64,000 nucleotides of DNA from Phyllobates terribilis (GCF_046119375.1 NW_027362771.1:586334001-586398000); one strand, 5' to 3'; shown: positions 1 to 18,373, numbered from the stretch's first letter. Notes: generated by a model not told the origin, from the sequence alone. Made by a program: numbers and translations.

Positions 1-136
1 CGGCTCCTCTGTCAGCAGTCAGAGGATTACAGTGTGGGACACTTAGGAAAGGTGAGTATATGGATTTTATTACTTTAATCTTATTTATACACAGGGACAC
101 TGCGGGAGCAGACACTACTACCCTCATCATTGTCCC

Positions 137-1590
137 TTGCTCGCACTAATCACAGCGCTGGCAGGGAATCGTGATCACCAGCTCCTCCTCACTATGCTCC
201 GCTCTATAGGCCTCAAGGACACTGTTCTCTCCTGGTTCTCCTCCTATCTCACTGACCGCTCCTTCTCTGTGTCTTTTGCCGGCTCCTCCTCCTCTCTCCT
301 TCCCCTTACTGTCGGGGTTCCTAAAGTATCAGTCCTAGGCCCCCTTCTTTTCTCCTTATACACTGCTCCTATTGGACAAACAATCAGTAGATTTGGTTTT
401 CAGTACCATCTCTAATTATACACCTCTGCTCCGGACATCACCCCTGCATTATTACAAAAGACCAGTGATTGTCTTTCTGCTGTGTCTAACATTATGTCCT
501 CCCTCTGTCTAAAACTGAATCTGTCAAAAACTGAACTACTCGTCTTTCCTCCCTCCACTAACCTACCTGTGCCCGATATTGACATTCCCGTTTGTGGCTC
601 AACCATTACTCCCCAGCAACAAGCCCGCTGTCTTGGGGTCATTTTTGATTCAGATCTTTCCTTCACTCCTCACATCAAATCACTCGCTCGTTCATGTCAT
701 CTACAGCTGAAAAACATCTCAAGAATCAGGACTTTTCTCACCTTTGACTTGGCAAAAACTCTTACTGTAGCTCTTATTCATTCTCGTCTCGATTATTGCA
801 ACTCTCTACTAATTGGTCTTCCTCTTAGTAAACTCTCCCCTCTCCAATCCGTCCTTAACGCAGCAGCCAGGATCATATTCCTCTCCAACCGCTACACCGA
901 TGCCTCTTCCCTGTGCCAGTCATTGCATTGGTTACCCATCCAATATAGAGTTCAATATAAACTCATCACCCTCACCCACAAAGCGCTCCATGCTTCATCA
1001 CCGCCATACATCTCCTCCCTCATCTCAGTCTACCACCCTTTCGGTGCCCTCCGTTCTGCCAATGACTTAAAACTAAAATCCTCCATAATCCGAACTTCCC
1101 ACTCCCGTCTCCAAGATTTCTCGCGTGCTGCGCCAATTCTTTGGAATGCACTACCCAGGACAGTCCGATTAATTACCAATACCCCCAGTTTCAAGCGGAC
1201 CCTAAAAACCCATTTCTTTAGACTGGCGTATCACCTCAACACACTATCTATCCCAGTTTTGGCCCATATTAAAATCTTCTTCAATTTCAGGTTCATACCA
1301 TCCATGTACTTAATAGCCTCAGTCAGGACTGTACACATACTGGCTGGTGACCAGTCCATGTATTATTTATCCTATATAGTATATCAAGGCTGCATTATAC
1401 AGTATATGTACTTTTTACCTTTTGTGTCTCCCCTATTTCCTCATAGACTGTAAGCTTGCGAGCAGGGCCCTCACTCCTTTCGATATGTGATTTGCTTATT
1501 CTGTATTGTCTGTATAAGTCCCCCCCTAAAATTGTAAAGTGCTGCGGAATATGTTGGCAGTATGAAAATAAAAACTATTATTATTATGAA
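137..1590 (+). mobile_element. 5'-truncated L2/CR1-group LINE: C-terminal RT region (frameshifted) plus 3' UTR ending in (TAT)n
   Basis: ORFs 137-415 and 482-1453 carry L2-type RT motifs ([61 protein letters not shown]). Tail ...gtaaagtgctgcggaatatgttggc...aaaactattattatta. Confidence 0.85.
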
Positions 1591-2949
1591 GGCAGTGTTC
1601 GGCACCCGCGCTTGGGAACAGCGCTAACTATACCGCTAATCCTTGGCGCCGGTCCTGATGCAGCAAATGGTTGCCACACGGGACACGGATATATCCGGTA
1701 CCGGTTTTTCCAGTACCGGAAATAGTCGGACGTGTGAAACCAGCCTAATGCTATGTAATCTCACCCGGGTGAGGTGAGTTTATGCGGGTTTACAAGACGC
1801 AGCATGGCTGCATGTGAATTTCTGTAGCGAAGACCAGGGTCTTCAGTGTATGACCAATAGCATGTCATTAGATGCGGTAAATCTGCATGTAACTAAACAC
1901 AAGTGCGGTAATTACAATGCAGCGTTTTGGATGCAGGGAAAATACGCTGCATTCAAAACGCTACCATTCCTGATTGTGGGCATGTACAAGCAGAATTTGC
2001 AGTGGCGCTCTGTATCTAAGGGCAAGGAGCCTTTTATTGTGTAAAAAATGTGGGGGATAGTAGTGCACTGAAACTACATGGGACAAATGCCCCGGCACAC
2101 TATGTGCCCCTCCACCTTGGACATTTTGCTTGCATTGCATCATGTATTTATACAAATAATGAAATACATGATGCAAGCAAAAATTCTAAGATGATGGGGG
2201 GAGAGAGTACACAGTGTGCAGGGGCATTTGTCTTTATGTAGTTTCAGTCCACTCCTCTCCCATCCCCAACTCCCATTCCACTGCCACAGACACTGTCTGA
2301 GACACACGATGATTTAAGCTAATGTTTGTCTGTGGCAAGTGGCAGTGGAACACTTGAAGGCAGCCAGCAAGTACTCTGTATAAAATGGCAGGGGACCATT
2401 ATTGATTGATATACACAAAAAAACATACTTTTTAGACAGAATACACACTTTGAGACTGGAGCTGCAGGGCTCAGCAAGAGACCAGGCAGCAGGCAAGCTC
2501 TGGGTCACGGTGCGTGGGGTGGGAGCAGGCGGCTCCTCTTCATGTTAGACATTTCATCTTTTAAATAAACCCGCGCTGTGGATGCTGGGCCCTCCCTAAC
2601 GTCATGTGGCAGGGCGGTCCCAGCATCATTTAAACTGACCGCGCTAGTGAATATACAGCTGCGGCGGCCGGATGGGAGCGGCTGCGTGATGCAGCGTGCC
2701 TGTGAGTGGCTGCCGTGCCTGACGTCATGTGGCACTGGCAGGGCGGGCACAGCATGATTCAATCCGCCTGAGGCAGCTGGCCCGCAGCTGTGTTGATCTG
2801 AACCTTCGGCCAGCGCGGCGGTGCCAAAAAAAAAGATTGCGCATTATAATGGGAGCAATTCATGGGGCCCCCCCCCGGAGCCTTGGGCCCCGGGCGGTAG
2901 CCCAGATTGCCCTCATTATAATCCGCCTATGTTTATGACTAATGGCTAT

Positions 2950-5560
<2,611 letters not shown>

Positions 5561-5562
5561 TA

Positions 5563-7187
5563 CACGTGGACAGAATCGTTGGTACCTTCCGTTAAAGTAA
5601 GAAAAATCCACAATGGTAACTGAAATAACGTTGAACTGACAAAAGAAATTTTCTATTTAAATTTACTGAATATCAAGTAATGAATATCAGACATTGCTTC
5701 TGAATTGTGGGTCAACAGAAAAATTAAAAAAGCTAATGAAAATGGCCTGGACAAAACTGATGTACGTGTGACATGGTATACTAAGGCGTGCCCCGTAATC
5801 AGCATCACAGGTGTCTCCAAACTTGTAATCAAAGAGTCGCCTATTTAGAAGGTGAAAAGTAGTCATTGTGCTGTTTAGTATCATGGTGTGTTCCACTTGT
5901 AATCAAAGAATTGCCTATTTAGAAGGTGAAAAGTAGTCATTGTGCTGTTTAGTATCATGGTGTGTTCCACACTGAACATGGAGCAATGAAAGCTAAGAAG
6001 AGAGTGGTCTCAGAAGATTAGAAATAAAGTTATAGACAAACATGTTAAAGGTAAAGGCTGTAAGATCATCTCCAAACATCTTGATGCTCCTGTTACTACA
6101 GTAGCACATATTAATCAGTTTAGCGTCTGGAGCCGGCCTCCTTGGACGTGGCCGCAAAACGAAAATTGATGACATATTGAAGAGGCAGATAATACAAATG
6201 GGAGCCAAAGAGCCCAGAACAACCAGAGAGATTAGAGGTGAACTCCAAGGTCAAGGTCCATCAGTGTCAGATTGCACCATCCATCGCTATCTTGGCCAAA
6301 GTGGACTTCATGGAAGACGACCGAGGAGGAAACCACTGTTTAAAGAAAATCATAAAAAAGTGAGACTGGAATTGTCAACATGCATACTGACCAGTCACAA
6401 AGCTTCTGGGAGAATGTGCTTTGGACAGATCAGACAAAACTGGAGCTTTTTGGCAAGTAACATGAGACGCAAAAATGAAGCCTACATAGAAAAGAAGATT
6501 GTACCTACTATGAAACATGGAGGAGGCTTGGGGATGTTTAGGGGCTGCTTTGCTGCATCTGGCACAAGGGGTCTTCTTTGAATCTGTGTAGGATACAGTG
6601 AAATCTCAAGACTATCAAGGCATTGTGGAGCCAAATATGCTGCCGAGTGCCAGAAAGCATGGTCTGAGTCGCAGGTCATGGGTCCTCCAACAGGATAATG
6701 ACCCAAAACACACAGATAAAAACATCCAAGAATGGCTGAGAGCAAAGCATTGGGCTAGTCTGCAGTGGCTTCTATGAGCCCTGATCTAAAGCCTATTGAG
6801 CATCTGTGGAAGGAGCTGAGATCCGCAGTCTGGAGAAGGCTCCATCACACCTGAGACACAAGGAACCGTCTGCTCACGAGAAGCGGCCAAAATACCTGTG
6901 GACGGGGGCAGAAGTCTCAATGAGAGTTACAGAAATCGTGTGTTTTTAGTGATTGCCTCAAAGTTTGTGCCACACAATATTAAGTTAGGAGAACCATTTT
7001 TGCCCACGCCAGTGTCAGTTTTGGGGTTTATTTTTCTGTAGATCATAATTCAGAAGCAATGTTTTACTTTCATTATTGATATTCAGTAAATTTGAAGTGA
7101 AAATAGTTTTTTCCAGTTTCACATCATTTCAGTGACCATTGTGGGGATTTCTTACTTCAACAGAAGGGCACGAATTTTGTCTACGTG
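5563..7187 (+). mobile_element. Second, older Tc1-like element (CACGTGGACA termini), degenerate transposase
   Basis: 5563-5750 is an imperfect inverted repeat of 7000-7187. Internal transposase fragments (GLHGRRPRRKPL, PTMKHGGG, QQDNDPKH). A 74-bp tandem duplication lies at 5821-5968. Confidence 0.85.
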
Positions 7188-7518
7188 TGTACGTGAAGTC
7201 GTGGAAGTTGGGGTACAGCGCTCGGCCATCTCTGGCAGTCCAAGTGAATGCGTGGCCCAGAGATGTGCCGGCTCAATGTCCGCTCCTATCAGACGGAGCT
7301 CTGCCCCGTTCTTGGGATCGTTGAGCGTTCCAGTGGTCGGACCCTGGGCGATCAGTAAAGTGTAAACATGGTACAAACCCTTTAAGCAGAAAAGTACAAA
7401 ATAAACAAAATTTAAAAAGATCGGACAAGCCGATCTGGGTTCAGATACTTATTTTTACAAGCACTTTTCTAATAAATAATATACTAAATGAAAAGTTCAC
7501 ACATTATACAGGGCTCCT

Positions 7519-10500
7519 CAGGGGTGTCAAACTCAAATACACAGAGGGACAAAATTAAAAACTTGGAAAAAGTCACCGGCCAATCTTGATATCTTAAAAA
7601 AAAAATTCTACTTTTGTGATCATGAAATAGAACGATGAACCTGTTCATATGGAAAGAAACAAAGGGGTGGTCCCACGAACAAAGTACATTTTAATTAATA
7701 GATCTTAGTATATTGGAATAATATAATAGGTTATGTTACAGCAGTAAAAATCATAGGGCCCAATGGCCTAATTTAAATATGTAATCACAAAGGATAAAAA
7801 ACCTTGAATAATGCAGATAATAAAGTATGATGCCAACAAAAGTGCGCCCAAATATAGTTTGATACCCCCACAGTGAATTCCTCCACACGCACGGTATGAT
7901 GACCCTACTGTACCCCCCTCCCTCCATCCCCCCGACAAAGAATGGTGACTCCATCATAGTATGATTATCCAACTGTAATCCCCACACAGTCCTCCACACA
8001 GAATAATGTGCCCCACATGGTCCTCCACACAGCGTAATGGGCCCCACATGGTCCTCCACACAGCGTAATGGGCCCCACATGGTCCTCCACACAGAATAAT
8101 GTGCCCCACACAGTCCTCCATAAAGTGTAATGGACCCCACACAGTCCTCCATACAGCATAATGGGCCCCACACAGACCTCCATACAGCATAATGGGCCCC
8201 ACACAGTCCTCCACAGCGTAATGGGCCCCACACAGTCCTCCATACAGCATAATGGGCCCCACATAGTGCTCCATACAGCGTAATGGGCCCCACATAGTCC
8301 TCCATACAGCGTAATGGGCCCCACATAGTCCTCCATACAGAGTAATGGGCCCCACATAGTGCTTCATACAGCGTAATGGGCCCCACATAGTGCTCCATAC
8401 AGCGTAATGGGCCCCACATAGTCCTCCACACAGCGTAATGGGCCCCACATAGTCCTCCACACAGTGTAATGGGCCCCACATAGTCCTCCACACAGCGTAA
8501 TGGGCCCCACATAGTCCTCCACACAGTGTAATGGGCCCCACATAGTCCTCCACACAGCGTAATGGGCCCCACATAGTCCTCCATGCAGTGTAATGAGCCC
8601 CACATAGTCCTCCATAGAGCGTAATGGGCCCCACATAGTCCTCCATACAGCGTAATGGGCCCCACATAGTCCTCCATACAGCGTAATGGGCCCCACATAG
8701 TCCTCCATACAGCGTAATTGGCCCCACATAGTCCTCCATACAGCGTAATGGGCCCCACATAGTCCTCCATACAGAGTAATGGGCCCCACATAGTCCTCCA
8801 TACAGAATAATGGGCCCCACAGAGTCCTTCATACAGAATAATGGGCTCCTCATAGTCCTCCATACAGAATAATGCCCCACATAGTCCTTCATACAGAATA
8901 ATGGGCTCTTCATAGTCCTCCATTTTTGAATAATGGGCCCCACATAGTCCTCCATATAGAATAATGGGCCCCACACAGTCCTCCATACAGCATAATGGGC
9001 CCCACATAGTGCTCCATACAGCGTAATGGGCCCATATAGTCCTCCATACAGCATAATGGGCCCCACATAGTGCTCCATACAGCGTAATGGGCCCCACATG
9101 GTCCTCCACACAGCGTAATGGGCCCCACATGGTCCTCCACACAGCGTAATGGGCCCCACATGGTCCTCCACACAGAATAATGTGCCCCACACAGTCCTCC
9201 ATAAAGTGTAATGGACCCCACACAGTCCTCCATACAGCATAATGGGCCCCACACAGACCTCCATACAGCATAATGGGCCCCACACAGTCCTCCACAGCGT
9301 AATGGGCCCCACACAGTCCTCCATACAGCATAATGGGCCCCACATAGTGCTCCATACAGCGTAATGGGCCCCACATAGTCCTCCATACAGCGTAATGGGC
9401 CCCACATAGTCCTCCATACAGAGTAATGGGCCCCACATAGTGCTTCATACAGCGTAATGGGCCCCACATAGTGCTCCATACAGCGTAATGGGCCCCACAT
9501 AGTCCTCTACACAGCGTAATGGGCCCCACATAGTCCTCCACACAGTGTAATGGGCCCCACATAGTCCTCCACACAGCGTAATGGGCCCCACATAGTCCTC
9601 CACACAGTGTAATGGGCCCCACATAGTCCTCCACACAGCGTAATGGGCCCCACATAGTCCTCCATGCAGTGTAATGAGCCCCACATAGTCCTCCATAGAG
9701 CGTAATGGGCCCCACATAGTCCTCCATACAGCGTAATGGGCCCCACATAGTCCTCCATACAGCGTAATGGGCCCCACATAGTCCTCCATACAGCGTAATT
9801 GGCCCCACATAGTCCTCCATACAGCGTAATGGGCCCCACATAGTCCTCCATACAGAGTAATGGGCCCCACATAGTCCTCCATACAGAATAATGGGCCCCA
9901 CATAGTCCTTCATACAGAATAATGGGCTCCTCATAGTCCTCCATACAGAATAATGCCCCACATAGTCCTTCATACAGAATAATGGGCTCTTCATAGTCCT
10001 CCATTTTTGAATAATGGGCCCCACATAGTCCTCCATATAGAATAATGGGCCCCACACAGTCCTCCATACAGCATAATGGGCCCCACATAGTGCTCCATAC
10101 AGCGTAATGGGCCCATATAGTCCTCCATACAGCATAATGGGCCCCACATAGTGCTCCATACAGCGTAATGGGCCCCACATAGTCCTCCATACAGCGTAAT
10201 GGGCCCCACATAGTCCTCCATACAGAGTAATGGGCCCCACATAGTGCTTCATACAGCGTAATGGGCCCCACATAGTGCTCCATACAGCGTAATGGGCCCC
10301 ACATAGTGCTCCACACAGCGTAATGGGCCCCACATAGTCCTCCACACAGTGTAATGGGCCCCACATAGTCCTCCACACAGAGTAATGGGCCCCACATAGT
10401 CCTCCACACAGTGTAATGGGCCCCACATAGTCCTCCACACAGCGTAATGGGCCCCACATAGTCCTCCATGCAGTGTAATGAGCCCCACATAGTCCTCCAT

Positions 10501-13500
10501 AGAGCGTAATGGGCCCCACATAGTCCTCCATACAGCGTAATGGGCCCCACATAGTCCTCCATACAGCGTAATGGGCCCCACATAGTCCTCCATACAGCGT
10601 AATGGGCCCCACATAGTCCTCCATACAGCGTAATGGGCCCCACATAGTCCTCCATACAGAGTAATGGGCCCCACATAGTCCTCCATACAGAATAATGGGC
10701 CCCACATAGTCCTTCATACAGAATAATGGGCTCCTCATAGTCCTCCATTTTTGAATAATGGGCCTCACATAGTCCTCCATACAGAATAATGGGCCCCACA
10801 TAGTCCTCCTCCATATAGAATAATGGACCCCACATAGACCTCCATACAAAATAATGGGCTCCACATAGTCCTCCATACAGAATAATGGGCCCACATAGTC
10901 CTCCATACAGAATAATGGGCCCACATAGTGCTCCATACAGAATAATGGGCCCACATAGTCCTCCATACAGAATAATGGGCCCACATAGTGCTCCATACAG
11001 AATAATGGGCTCCACATAGACCTCCTTACAAAATAATGGGCTCCACATAGTCCTCCATACAGAATAATGGGCCCCACATAGACCCCCATACAGAATAATG
11101 GGCCCCACATAGACCCCCATACAGAATAATGGGCCCCACATAGTCCTCCATACAGAATAATGGGCCCCACATAGACCTCCATACAGAATAATGGGCCCCA
11201 CATAGTCCTCCATACAGTATAATGGCCCCACATAGTCCTCCATACAGTATAATGGGCTCACATAGTCCTCCATACAGAATAATGGGCCCCACATAGTCCT
11301 CCATACAGTGTAATGGCCCAACATCATTCTCCATACAGTATAATGGGCCCACATAGTCCTCCATACAGAATAATGGGCCCCACATAGTAATCCATACAGA
11401 ATAATGTCCCCACATAGCCCTCCATACAGAATAAAGGCCCCACATAGTCCTCCATACAGTGTAATGGCCCCACATAGTCCTCCATACAGAATAATGGGCC
11501 CCACATAGTCCTCCATACAGTGTAATAGCCCCACATCGTTCTCCATACAGTGTAATAGCCCCACATCGTTCTCCATACAGTATAATGGGCTCCACATAGT
11601 CCTCCATACAGTGTAATGGCCCAACATCATTCTCCATACAGAATAATAGGCTCCACATAGACCTCCTTACAAAATAATGGGCTCCACATAGTCCTCCATA
11701 CAGAATAATGGGCCCCACATAGAACCCCATACAGAATAATAGGCCCCACATAGTCCTCCATACAGAATAATGGGCCCCACATAGACCTCCATACAGAATA
11801 ATGGGCCCAACATAGTCCTCCATACAGTATAATGGCCCCACATAGTCCTCCATACAGTATAATGGGCTCACATAGTCCTCCATACAGAATAATGGGCCCC
11901 ACATAGTCCTCCATACAGTGCAATGGCCCAACATCATTCTCCATACATTATAATGGGCCCACATAGTCCTCCTCCATAGAGAATAATGGGCCCCACATAG
12001 TAATCCATACAGAATAATGACCCCACATAGCCCTCCATATAGAATAATGGCCCCACATAGTGCTCCATACAGAATAATGGGCCCCACATAGTCCTCCATA
12101 CAGTGTAATAGCCCCACATCATTCTCCATACAGTACAATGGGCTCCACATAGTGCTCCATACAGAATAATGACCCCACATAGTAATCCATACAGAATAAT
12201 GGCCCCACATAGTAATCCATACAGAATAATGACCCCACATAGTCCTCTATACAGAATAAAGGCCCCACATAGTCCTCCATACAGTATAATGGGCCCACAT
12301 AGTGCTCCATACAGTATAATGGGCCCACATAGTGTTCCATACAGAATAATGGCTCCACATAATCCTCCATACAGAATAAAGGCCCCACATAGTCCTCCAT
12401 ACAGTATAATGGGCCCACATAGTCCTCCATACAGAATAATGACCCCACATAGTCCTCCATACAGAATAATGGCTCCACATAGTCCTCTATACAGAATAAA
12501 GGCCCCACATAGTGCTCCATACAGTATAATGGCCCCACATAGTCCTCCATACAGAATAATGGCCCCACATAGTCCTCCATACAGAATAATGGCTCCACAT
12601 AGTCCTCTATACAGAATAAAGGCCCCACATAGTTCTATATACAGTATAATGACCCCACATAGTCCTCCATACGGTATAATGGCCCCACATAGTCCTCCAT
12701 ACAGAATAATGGCCCCACATAGTCCTCCATACAGAATAATGACCCCACATAGTCCTCCATACAGAATAATGGTCCCCACATGGTCCTCCACACAGCGTAA
12801 TGGGCCCCACATGGTCCTCCACACAGCGTAATGGGCCCCACATGGTCCTCCACACAGAATAATGTGCCCCACACAGTCCTCCATAAAGTGTAATGGACCC
12901 CACACAGTCCTCCATACAGCATAATGGGCCCCACACAGACCTCCATACAGCATAATGGGCCCCACACAGTCCTCCACAGCGTAATGGGCCCCACACAGTC
13001 CTCCATACAGCATAATGGGCCCCACATAGTGCTCCATACAGCGTAATGGGCCCCACATAGTCCTCCATACAGCGTAATGGGCCCCACATAGTCCTCCATA
13101 CAGAGTAATGGGCCCCACATAGTGCTTCATACAGCGTAATGGGCCCCACATAGTGCTCCATACAGCGTAATGGGCCCCACATAGTCCTCCACACAGCGTA
13201 ATGGGCCCCACATAGTCCTCCACACAGTGTAATGGGCCCCACATAGTCCTCCACACAGCGTAATGGGCCCCACATAGTCCTCCACACAGTGTAATGGGCC
13301 CCACATAGTCCTCCACACAGCGTAATGGGCCCCACATAGTCCTCCATGCAGTGTAATGAGCCCCACATAGTCCTCCATAGAGCGTAATGGGCCCCACATA
13401 GTCCTCCATACAGCGTAATGGGCCCCACATAGTCCTCCATACAGCGTAATGGGCCCCACATAGTCCTCCATACAGCGTAATGGGCCCCACATAGTCCTCC

Positions 13501-16500
13501 ATACAGCGTAATGGGCCCCACATAGTCCTCCATACAGAGTAATGGGCCCCACATAGTCCTCCATACAGAGTAATGGGCCCCACATAGTCCTTCATACAGA
13601 ATAATGGACTCCTCATAGTCCTCCATACAGAATAATGCCCCACATAGTCCTTCATACAGAATAATGGGCTCTTCATAGTCCTCCATTTTTGAATAATGGG
13701 CCCCACATAGTCCTCCATATAGAATAATGGGCCCCACACAGTCCTCCATACAGCATAATGGGCCCCACATAGTGCTCCATACAGCGTAATGGGCCCATAT
13801 AGTCCTCCATACAGCATAATGGGCCCCACATAGTGCTCCATACAGCGTAATGGGCCCCACATAGTCCTCCATACAGCGTAATGGGCCCCACATAGTCCTC
13901 CATACAGAGTAATGGGCCCCACATAGTGCTTCATACAGCGTAATGGGCCCCACATAGTGCTCCATACAGCGTAATGGGCCCCACATAGTGCTCCACACAG
14001 CGTAATGGGCCCCACATAGTCCTCCACACAGTGTAATGGGCCCCGCATAGTCCTCCACACAGCGTAATGGGCCCCACATAGTCCTCCACACAGTGTAATG
14101 GGCCACACATAGTCCTCCACACAGCGTAATGGGCCCCACATAGTCCTCCATGCAGTGTAATGAGCCCCACATAGTCCTCCATAGAGCGTAATGGGCCCCA
14201 CATAGTCCTCCATACAGCGTAATGGGCCCCACATAGTCCTCCATACAGCGTAATGGGCCCCACATAGTCCTCCATACAGCGTAATGGGCCCCACATAGTC
14301 CTCCATACAGAGTAATGGGCCCCACATAGTCCTCCATACAGAATAATGGGCCCCACATAGTCCTTCATACAGAATAATGGGCTCCTCATAGTCCTCCATT
14401 TTTGAATAATGGGCCTCACATAGTCCTCCATACAGAATAATGGGCCCCACATAGTCCTCCTCCATATAGAATAATGGACCCCACATAGACCTCCATACAA
14501 AATAATGGGCTCCACATAGTCCTCCATACAGAATAATGGGCCCACATAGTCCTCCATACAGAATAATGGGCCCACATAGTGCTCCATACAGAATAATGGG
14601 CTCCACATAGACCTCCTTACAAAATAATGGGCTCCACATAGTCCTCCATACAGAATAATGGGCCCCACATAGACCCCCATACAGAATAATGGGCCCCACA
14701 TAGACCCCCATACAGAATAATGGGCCCCACATAGTCCTCCATACAGAATAATGGGCCCCACATAGACCTCCATACAGAATAATGGGCCCCACATAGTCCT
14801 CCATACAGTATAATGGCCCCACATAGTCCTCCATACAGTATAATGGGCTCACATAGTCCTCCATACAGAATAATGGGCCCCACATAGTCCTCCATACAGT
14901 GTAATGGCCCAACATCATTCTCCATACAGTATAATGGGCCCACATAGTCCTCCATACAGAATAATGGGCCCCACATAGTAATCCATACAGAATAATGTCC
15001 CCACATAGCCCTCCATACAGAATAAAGGCCCCACATAGTCCTCCATACAGTGTAATGGCCCCACATAGTCCTCCATACAGAATAATGGGCCCCACATAGT
15101 CCTCCATACAGTGTAATAGCCCCACATCGTTCTCCATACATTGTAATAGCCCCACATCGTTCTCCATACAGTATAATGGGCTCCACATAGTCCTCCATAC
15201 AGTGTAATGGCCCAACATCATTCTCCATACAGAATAATGGGCTCCACGTAGACCTCCTTACAAAATAATGGGCTCCACATAGTCCTCCATACAGAATAAT
15301 GGGCCCCACATAGAACCCCATACAGAATAATGGGCCCCACATAGTCCTCCATACAGAATAATGGGCCCCACATAGACCTCCATACAGAATAATGGGCCCA
15401 ACATAGTCCTCCATACAGTATAATGGCCCCACATAGTCCTCCATACAGTATAATGGGCTCACATAGTCCTCCATACAGAATAATGGGCCCCACATAGTCC
15501 TCCATACAGTGCAATGGCCCAACATCATTCTCCATACATTATAATGGGCCCACATAGTCCTCCTCCATAGAGAATAATGGGCCCCACATAGTAATCCATA
15601 CAGAATAATGACCCCACATAGCCCTCCATATAGAATAATGGCCCCACATAGTGCTCCATACAGAATAATGGGCCCCACATAGTCCTCCATACAGTGTAAT
15701 AGCCCCACATCATTCTCCATACAGTATAATGGGCTCCACATAGTGCTCCATACAGAATAATGACCCCACATAGTAATCCATACAGAATAATGGCCCCACA
15801 TAGTAATCCATACAGAATAATGACCCCACATAGTCCTCTATACAGAATAAAGGCCCCACATAGTCCTCCATACAGTATAATGGGCCCACATAGTGCTCCA
15901 TACAGTATAATGGGCCCACATAGTGCTCCATACAGAATAATGGCTCCACATAATCCTCCATACAGAATAAAGGCCCCACATAGTCCTCCATACAGTATAA
16001 TGGGCCCACATAGTCCTCCATACAGAATAATGACCCCACATAGTCCTCCATACAGAATAATGGCTCCACATAGTCCTCTATACAGAATAAAGGCCCCACA
16101 TAGTGCTCCATACAGTATAATGGCCCCACATAGTCCTCCATACAGAATAATGGCCCCACATAGTCCTCCATACAGAATAATGGCTCCACATAGTCCTCTA
16201 TACAGAATAAAGGCCCCACATAGTTCTATATACAGTATAATGACCCCACATAGTCCTCCATACGGTATAATGGCCCCACATAGTCCTCCATACAGAATAA
16301 TGGCCCCACATAGTCCTCCATACAGAATAATGACCCCACATAGTCCTCCATACAGAATAATGGTCCCACATAGTCCTCCATACAGTATAATGGGCCCCAA
16401 ATAGTCCTCCATACAGAATAATGGCTCCACATAGACCTCCGTACAGTATAATGACCCCACATAGTCCTCCATACGGTATAATGGCCCCACATAGTCCTCC

Positions 16501-17123
16501 ATACAGAATAATGGCCCCACATAGTCCTCCATACAGAATAATGACCCCACATAGTCCTCCATACAGAATAATGGTCCCACATAGTCCTCCATACAGTATA
16601 ATGGGCCCCAAATAGTCCTCCATACAGAATAATGGCCCCACATAGTCCTCCATACAGAATAATGACCCCACATAGTCCTCCATACAGAATAATGGCTCCA
16701 CATAGTCCTCTATACAGTATAATGGCCCCACATAGTCCTCTATACAGAATAAAGGCCCCACATAGTAATCCATACAGAATAAAGGCCCCACATAGGCCTC
16801 CATACAGTATAATGGCCCCATATCATTCTCCATACTGTATAATAGGCACTGCATAATAATGCAAAATAAAAATACTCACCTCTGCCTGTTCTCCCACTGC
16901 TCCGGCGTCTTCAGATCCTCTGGACATCTTGGTACAGCGGACGCGTTGTAATGACATCATCACGTCCGCTACGCTGAAACATCAGACGCAAAGGGGGAAT
17001 GATGGGAGAGGGAGCGTCAGCTGGGTGAGGTGAGATGCCCAGTGAAAGAGTGATGCCAGGCGGGCTAAATATACTCACCCAGCAGGCAAAATTTGTCCCG
17101 CAGGCCAGAGTTTGACATATGTG
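7519..17123. mobile_element. Non-autonomous hAT (Charlie-like) element expanded to 9.6 kb by an internal satellite
   Basis: Left end caggggtgtcaaactcaaatacacagaggg, right end ggccagagtttgacatatgtg (imperfect TIR). Same left end as the 46459 element. The 8-bp flanks do not match (gggctcct vs ctttacat). Confidence 0.7.
7975..16850. repeat. 30/31-bp satellite array (cagaataatgggccccacatagtcctccata), roughly 290 units, with higher-order duplications
   Basis: Direct reading of the sequence. Diagnostic variant catttttgaat recurs at 8921, 10002, 10746, 13684 and 14397. Near-identical 404-aa ORFs are offset by 3591 bp. Confidence 0.98.
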
Positions 17124-17689
17124 CTTTACATTTATGACCTACAAGAGATCTGATTTCATATTTGATTAAATATTAGTAAAAGTACAGAAACATTTTCAAG
17201 GGTTCACTTACTTTTTATAGCACCTCTGCATTTACATCTACATTGCTCTATTGTACTGAATGGATCAAGCTGCGCTACGTAACCTGTCGGCGATACAGCC
17301 TGTCCCTCTGAGGATATGGGAGCTACAATAGGAAGATGGTTGCCCTATCGCCCAGATATATGATGACAGGTGAAGTGCAGGGGAGGAAGACTCTGTCTGA
17401 TCTTTCTACCAGACGTATGGAGGGAGGCGGAGGGGAAAGCTGCGCTATGATTTCGTTACTGTCATGAACACCTAATCCTATATATTTCATTAGGTAAAAG
17501 GTATTCATCTGTCTGTAATCAGCGCAGGAATTCAGTTCCGATCCTTAAAACACCACCACCCCCATTTGCGTTCACATATTTAACCCTTTGCTGCTCTGAG
17601 TAACGCTAAAAAGCAATATGATGGTTTTTAAGTAAAATTCCTGCACAATTTTTTTTAAGATATCCATATATTTTATTATTTATATTTTT

Positions 17690-17717
17690 TTTGTATGAAG
17701 GAATTATATTCATATTT

Positions 17718-17772
<55 letters not shown>

Positions 17773-17924
17773 GCATACATGTGACATATGAATATAATTC
17801 CCTCATAACAAAATATAAATAAATTAGAAAGCCATTAATAATAATATATATTTATTATTATCATTATTAATGGCTTTCTAATTTATTTATTTTTATGAAG
17901 GAATTATATTCATATTTCACACAC

Positions 17925-17976
<52 letters not shown>

Positions 17977-18136
17977 TAGACATACATGTGACATATGAAT
18001 ATAATTCCCTCATAACAAAATATAAATAAATTAGAAAGCCATTAATAATAATAAATATATATATTTATTATTATCATTATTAATGGCTTTCTATATTTTT
18101 TTTTTTATGAAGGAATTATACTCCTATTTCACACAC

Positions 18137-18180
<44 letters not shown>

Positions 18181-18334
18181 CATACATGTGACATATGAAT
18201 ATAATTCCCTCATAACAAAATATAAATAAATTAGAAAGCCATTAATAATAATATATATATTTATTATTATCATTATTAATGGCTTTCTAATTTATTTATT
18301 TTTATGAAGGAATTATATTCATATTTCACACACG

Positions 18335-18373
<39 letters not shown>

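Noticed and set aside
7751-16856. Very long ORFs (up to 1160 aa; MWGPLRCMEDYVGPITLYGGLCGAHY...) and 10-aa-repeat ORFs on the + strand
   Set aside because: They are translations of a 30/31-bp satellite whose minus strand rarely contains stops. All three frames give the same permuted peptide, with no splice or domain evidence.
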